This document shows, one piece after another, positions 57,708 to 64,000 of a stretch of 64,000 nt of DNA (the first letter of the stretch is position 1; each line of letters opens with the position of its first letter). Below the pieces are notes generated by a model that was not told where the DNA came from, made no database searches, and was given only the letters and a program-made list of their open reading frames with translations. Position numbers and translations under genes: made by a program. The DNA is from Lingula anatina. Its lineage: Eukaryota > Animalia > Brachiopoda. Location: the NCBI GenBank assembly GCA_051362555.1, contig CM120643.1, positions 8,990,001-9,054,000 of the forward strand, given 5' to 3'.

Positions 57708-59488
57708 CTACTGGGTCTCTGATAAAGCAATCACTTGTTCTCGAGGAGAAGGAAGCATTCCAAACTGTCTTAACAGCCTGGTAGCCTCACGTACACCAGA
57801 CTCGCGTGCACCGTGCATTGTCCCATTGTATGCAGCGTGAGTTGCCTCACCGGCGAAGAGAACCCTCGGTTGACCATTGCTGTCTTCAATGGGCTCAGCT
57901 AAAACGTTGAAGTGGTTGGCATTTGACCGCAATCCCATGCATGAATATGACCCCAAGGTGTACTTGTTGGTGCCCCAGGTGGACCGGAAGACTTTGCACG
58001 GGTAAGGGATGGTAGGATCACCGAGGAACTGGCGCAGCACCATGGTGCAGGTCTCCGAGATTTCTTCATCGGGAACGGTCTCCACATGGAGGCCCTCGTG
58101 GCATGAAATCCACACACAAAGGCAGTTGGGGTTGAAACGTACAGCGTCAATGCAAAATATTCTCTTGAACCACTGTGATTTAGGGTCTGTGATGACAAGT
58201 TCTTTGTTGTCCCAAGCGAGCCTTACACTGTCTAACGGAGTGTCTTTTGACCAAAACGGTGGATCGTACTCGAGGAATATTTTATCAACAACACCAAACG
58301 CTATTCTATCTATTGCAAGGTATTTTTCGTGCGAAAGAGGTGGATCAAAAAAGGTCTGGTGGTGTTCTTTCAAGTATCCTAGCGACACCGTAACGACAGC
58401 ACATTTTGCCCGATAGGTGTCACCACTAGAGCACCTAATTTCAACTCCACCGTCTTCCCAGTTGACAGTGACCACTTCCGCGCCGACTTTTATCCGCTCT
58501 TTACTTCGAAAGCGAGATGCGATGGCACTTATCAAGGACCTTGCACCCTTTGGCATGAAAGCATCCCCTCCGTCTATTTCTTTGTACTTTATGTATGATT
58601 CGAAGGGTACCTTGGCAATATCCCAACCGAAATTTAGTCTTTGGTAATTAAAAAACGAATTGAAAATGGCCGTAGCATCATCTCGGTCAGACATGGAGAA
58701 TTTCTCGAGGAATTCTGGTAATCTGTCGACATAAAAAGCTTCCACGGTATAAATGGTTTTGTCTTGTTTACTAAGACAGCAGTGCATTCTTTGGGCCTCT
58801 GCATCTATCTCCATACAGAAGTCCCAGACCTTGGCACCAAGATCCTCATCAATTTTACGACCATCACTCCTGTAAAAACATCCTTTGGACCTGCAACAAT
58901 GTCAGATTTAGTGAGGTGACCAACACAACTTTAAAATGGAAAATGAAAACTTACAATAATGAAATACTGATGACTTTAACCAATCATCTGTTTCACCTAC
59001 ATTAGATGCTATTGGAAATATACAATTAGTGATTTATTTGGAAACCTCTACCGAACGCATGAGGAAAACCTTTACAGAAAGTCAAGAAGGATTGGTGAAG
59101 GGAAACATCCACAAGTTCTTCACAAATAACTTGACATCAAAATTTATCCGCCATGCCCGCGCTAATATTAAAAAAAAAAACATAAGTAGTCACCAGTTCA
59201 TCAGCTCTTGTTTATTGGCCAAATCATTCTCTTCTGCCAGCACCATGATGGAGTTCTCTGAAGTGGTGCCATGGATCCAGTTGGCACCAAGTTCTACAAA
59301 TGAGCTTCCGAAGTCTTCAGTATGACACCTACCGCCGATCCTGTTGAGAGATTATCATTGGAATAAAGTTATATTTCCACTGATTAAATAATACGCCTGC
59401 TTCTCTTTCTCTCTCTCTCTCGAGGATGGGTGAAAAGGAACATCCACAAGTCCCTTCCACAAGATATCAGTGCTAATATTTATCTTTC

Positions 59489-59538
<50 letters not shown>

Positions 59539-61375
59539 GGGTGGCTGATAAGAGAAAGAGAGATAAGATGTCGCCTCTCGATAGAGAGAGAGAGAGAGAG
59601 AGATAGCGCCTCTGATGGTTTGTATAGCAAGTTTTTCTCAACTATCTGATTTGACTCGTGGCCCATGGTATCCATCGTTTCTTTATACTGTTTGGTTTCT
59701 TTCAGGTTCAAATGACTATTAAGTCTTGATGCAGATGTAGATACGTGCTGTTACCGCTCCATATTAAGAACAATTAGAGAAAGTTTTTCTGCCAACTTCC
59801 GCGTGTATTTCTTTTATTTATTTTTACTTAAAATCCGTCGTAGGACTTGGACTAATTAACGGATTGATAGAAAGAGAAAGCAAAGTTAACAACAACGCGA
59901 AATAATCGAGCATGCAAAATCTACATAATTTGTACCCCGTTCAGTTATTCGTTACTTACGGCTCTTACTTTGCTACCTTACCGTGGTTATATTGCCTGCC
60001 CCATCTAAGATTTTAAGAAAATAGGAAATATTGACTGTACTGGCCGGGTTTCAGTCAGCAACGAGTACACTGGCAAAGCTCGTGCATACGTATAGAACAA
60101 AAATCTGTTAATTTGCTGCTGGACGTTTTAAAAGCGTCCCTCCTTTTAAGCAAATTTCCATTATGAATCAGAATGCCCAACCTTTAGAAATTAAAACTTA
60201 TATTAGGTCATTACCTGGTCTCAAGCGACTAGATTTCAGGCCGGGACTTTTTAAGGGACCATTCCCATACCCTACCGTACTAGCAGGATTAATCTATCGA
60301 CAAGGGGTTTCTCGCTAAATTGCATTTAGTTTAAGCGTGCACGAAAGTTAATAACCCCCCAGCTTCAGTGGGCGTGACAGACATTTAAGCCGCTTAAGTT
60401 GATCGCAATTTAGCGAGAATCCCCTCGGAGTTAGATCCATCCTGCTAGTACGATAGGTTTATGTTAACCCAGTCTAAATTCCAAACTAAGTCTTTTTTCA
60501 GGTGTAACGTGACAGAGACCCCCATGATAGACAGTCCGTTACCTCTTCATTTATATTCGTAAACCTTGCCCTAGATTTTGACCGACTAAGGTCAGGCTAA
60601 CCCTAACAATTATTACTAAATGGAGGGCGTACTTTCTGTTACACGGACCGTCATGTTCGTTACAGCGTTACGTTTATACTTAACAACGTATAAAGTATGG
60701 GATTTTTCTACTTTGGAAGCATCGTTGAACGTCAATCTAATCATATATCTTATAAACCGCATTGGTTTTAACCTGCGTCCCAATTCGGTTTCAATTTGCA
60801 GACGACAGTATTTGGCCCCGTTCAGAATAGGGGACTAATTAGTCCAAGGGTCAAATATGGCCGACCCACTATTCAGTGTCTATTAGCGGATTGGACGGCA
60901 AATTTTGTATCGTGGGTCGCCATATTTGACGCTCGGACTAGTTAGTTCCCTATTCTGAATGGGGCCTTTCAGGTACATCAGCTGTAGACTGTCTCACACT
61001 TTCAATGCGTATAACATACACGAGATTGTGTTAGGATGTCTTCAGCGTTGAATAAAATCTGATGGGCTGGAATTTGGGAGACAGTTCATGTTTCTAAGAT
61101 CGGTTATTTATTTTGCCGGCAGGTTCTCGATACTTTTAAGTAAAAACAACACACTACTGCAACAATAAGGAAAGTAATAGGTATAAGTAAGAAAGAAGTT
61201 AGAAAGGAAGGTGTTAAGCCCATGGATCTTTATATATGTACCTGTCACTAGCTTCCAGAATTATGAAGTCCTCAAAGCCCGCAGCTGTAAAGGTCTCCGC
61301 CACACTAAGTCCAGCGATTCCTGCCCCAATGATGACCACGCCATAAAATTTGTCCATGGTTTTATCTGATGACAT
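57708..61375 (-). CDS. Flavin-dependent polyamine oxidase (spermine oxidase / N1-acetylpolyamine oxidase family), about 487 aa
   Basis: Exons 61242-61375 (GCCACCATG; VVIIGAGIAGL...LEASDR), 59194-59340 (IGGRC...ELGANWIHG) and 57708-58890 (VVTVSLGYLK, DKIFLEY, GSYS, LFAGEATH, TMHGARESGVREA). Total 1464 nt, open. SMOX versus PAOX cannot be decided by eye. Confidence 0.92.
60255..60460 (+). mobile_element. MITE family A-related copy in polyamine oxidase intron 1
   Basis: ggaccattcccataccctaccgtactagcaggat ... atcctgctagtacgatagg inverted arms; interior shared with the 26689 and 28070 copies. Confidence 0.65.
60814..60966. mobile_element. Hairpin MITE, PIF/Harbinger-like
   Basis: About 52-bp imperfect arms GGCCCCGTTCAGAATAGGGGACTAA ... 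TTAGTTCCCTATTCTGAATGGGGCC with TTT on both sides. Confidence 0.8.
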
Positions 61376-61859
61376 GGTGGCACTAACAACTTGTACGTTG
61401 TCTAATGTCTAGTCAGTTCTGCTTGAAGAGTTAATTGGTCTACCTAACCTGAGCAAAGATATCAGCAGTAAAACCCTTAACCAGCTACATATTGTATTCT
61501 GTTAAATTGGCTGGAAACAAGGAGTTGTACAACTCCTTGTTGGAATTAGTCTATACTGTATCTCATACTTTTCACATTCAGACCATGTATATAAGCCACT
61601 TCATAGGTTAGTACTTCTATTAAAAATCGTAAAATAGGAAATACAGATGCAGCATATGCGAAGTCTTGTGCTGGATGTATATATGTCGTAATGATATCTA
61701 GGTAACCGAAAAAAAAAAAAAAAAAAAAAAACAGGTCTTTTTCCGATGAGTTGCTCATAATTGTACAAAAGCGGGGGCGGATTCAGAGGTATTTTATGAC
61801 AGTCTTTTAAATTATCTTTTTTGGCCCATCCTCTTTCGCCCCCACCCGACCCCTGAAGA

Positions 61860-61892
<33 letters not shown>

Positions 61893-64000
61893 ATATTAAG
61901 CGCGTTTGGACCAACTAAAATGCAATTTATTGAAAAGCAAATAATCCTTGTAGTCAAATGTAAATTGTATCCAGTGTTTGTCACTTACGAAAATACATTG
62001 CTGGTTCCGTCGGGAAGCTTGTCCTACAAGATGCTGGACCATACAAGCGGGCATATTTTCAATGTTCACCTTTTTGTGGAACAAATAATCCTAATCTACT
62101 CCCGGCAAAGTGTGACAGTTGTTGAAAATCTACATTCTAGATTGCATATCTACATTTTTATGCTCATATATCAGGATGTACTGTCTTTCAAAACTACCAG
62201 TAATCACGCTTTAAGCGCACCGGTGGGCATTTCACATGCCATAACTGGTTATTGACTGAATAAATTGGCAATTACAGTGATGACACATTTATAAAATAAA
62301 AAAAAAATCGTATTGGCGTGACAATTATTTTTAACCTTTAAATACTTTGAATGCCAGGGCAAAAATAAATTACGTGAAATTGTTTCAATCCAATATTTGC
62401 CTCCAAGCATATATCAAAGTCTTTACACGTTGATAAAAATGTTTCCGCTCCGGTTGATTCTTCGCAAAATTAAACTAGCTACCATTTGAAGTTCTTGTGA
62501 ATAACCGTAACGTACATGTACATGAATAGTCCAGTGAAGGGCTACTTATCACCTAGGACGATCAACACCTACAATATGTAAGTGTAAAATCGCACACGCT
62601 GGGAAAAGCAAGGGTCAGGATCTGGTGAGGATCAAATTCTGCTTAATAATCTCAAATTCCACAGAGGCTCTTTTACAATTTTGTAACAGTTACAGGAAGA
62701 AGACCATCCAGTGGAGAGTTAGAAACACCCAGCAATGCAAATATGTTTAAAACAAATATGTTGAAAATTATGCTCTATGTTACTTAATATTTGTCTGTAT
62801 GTTTTAGAATATTTAACAGAGTAACATTCACAGTAACAAATCATACCTTTGCTCCTGTTTCTGTGCCCGCCTCCAATGGCTATTGTGCCTCCCTGGAAGG
62901 TCCAATAAATGTGCGTGTCACCGCCTTCAACAATCTGCCTGTAATATCCTGTAGTTTCAGCAGTGCTTTAAACAGATCATTAATAGCTTATTACGCATGC
63001 GCAAAGTGCAAAAGAGAGCATGGCAGCAGAGGGAAGCAGCACGTGTGAAGTTAGTGCGGGGGGAGTTTTTGTCATTTCTTGTTTTAAAACGTGTTAATCC
63101 ATAATCACCATGTCAAGGTTCGTTATAAGTACCTCGTGACTTCCAGCCCAGATTATGTCTTGAAATTTTTAATGACTTAATGTCTGATTATACCCTTATC
63201 TTTGTCCAATCAGTATACACACGGTATGTGCACCTTACATTTGATCAAATTATGTTCAGTTAGAGAATTTAGCCCTCATGTGCAGATTTTGTATTTAAGA
63301 GAGACTTAACTGAAGTTGTGGGAAGAAGAGAGAGATGGAGTAAAAATAACTGAAAAAACTTCAACCTCCTGTTGTTGTATTTCCTTTCCCATGCTCCAGT
63401 GTCAAGTTTTTTTTGAATGCAGAACCTGGGTAGGAAGTAATACCGACCCCTAAAACCTGTACTAGGGATTCTCCTTCAATACACGTTTCTGACACATCGG
63501 ACATCAGGGATATAGGACAACAGCAGATGTCGTGCTTTAGTGACATTGTCTCTTAAACAAAAGTGCCGTTCTGATACACTGTACATGTACAAGCTGGTGA
63601 TACTTTAAGTGACGGCGTGTCGTGCCATTAAGATCATATCAATTTAGTATTATATAACGCAATCACAGATGGTGTTGTCGATCATGAGACTTCCTGCATC
63701 CTTTGTGCACATATAATCAAGGATCCGAAATATATTATCTTCTATCCTAGATTTAATCAAATGTTAATGACAGTATACATTGTACAGTATACCGATACCT
63801 GTAATTTAAAGTTAACGATTTTGTAGCTACATTGTAGAACCCTAAGTGTTATGATGGTTCCCAGATTGTTTGTACCGCCAAAACCCAAATTGTGTGACAA
63901 ATGTCTATCTGCTAGCCCATGCGTTACATTACGAGTTGACAGTTGTGTGTGTGACGTGTGTGTGTGCGTGTGTGTGTGTGTGTGTGTGTCACACAAGACT

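Noticed and set aside
53959-61375. CapA plus polyamine oxidase as a co-transferred operon or pathway cluster
   Set aside because: The oxidase is spliced and animal-like, and 2.4 kb of MITE-containing DNA separates them; no evidence beyond adjacency.

Overview
AT-rich, intron-rich eukaryotic DNA that looks like a marine invertebrate (taxon inferred, not shown). Four protein-coding loci are supported. (1) A + strand ShKT x3 / Gly-Ser-Thr linker / VWC-like gene (2079-5002), 5' end not found, with an in-frame TAA in its first visible ShKT exon. (2) A - strand gene of 32 coding exons (50717-18285, about 2,940 aa by my hand-built model) of the NO VEIN/sacsin-like family, with N-terminal LOTUS-like repeats (inferred), a GHKL ATPase and a C-terminal DUF3883-type PD-(D/E)XK nuclease; it has one GC-AG intron. 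(3) An intronless bacterial-type CapA/PgsA metallophosphoesterase (55228-53959) broken by two frameshifts, the first exactly on a G_GGA_AAC slippery heptamer. (4) An intact three-exon flavin polyamine/spermine oxidase (61375-57708). Two introns of the NO VEIN-like gene are inflated by Helentron-type non-autonomous elements (HINEs) carrying 161-bp and 145/146-bp tandem arrays; two of these HINEs are nested in one Harbinger-like MITE, and the third carries 17 perfect DR1 nuclear-receptor motifs. Also present: short HINEs, several MITE families, a tandem tRNA-like array, a VWA remnant and local duplications. All exon boundaries and family assignments were made by eye, without database searches.
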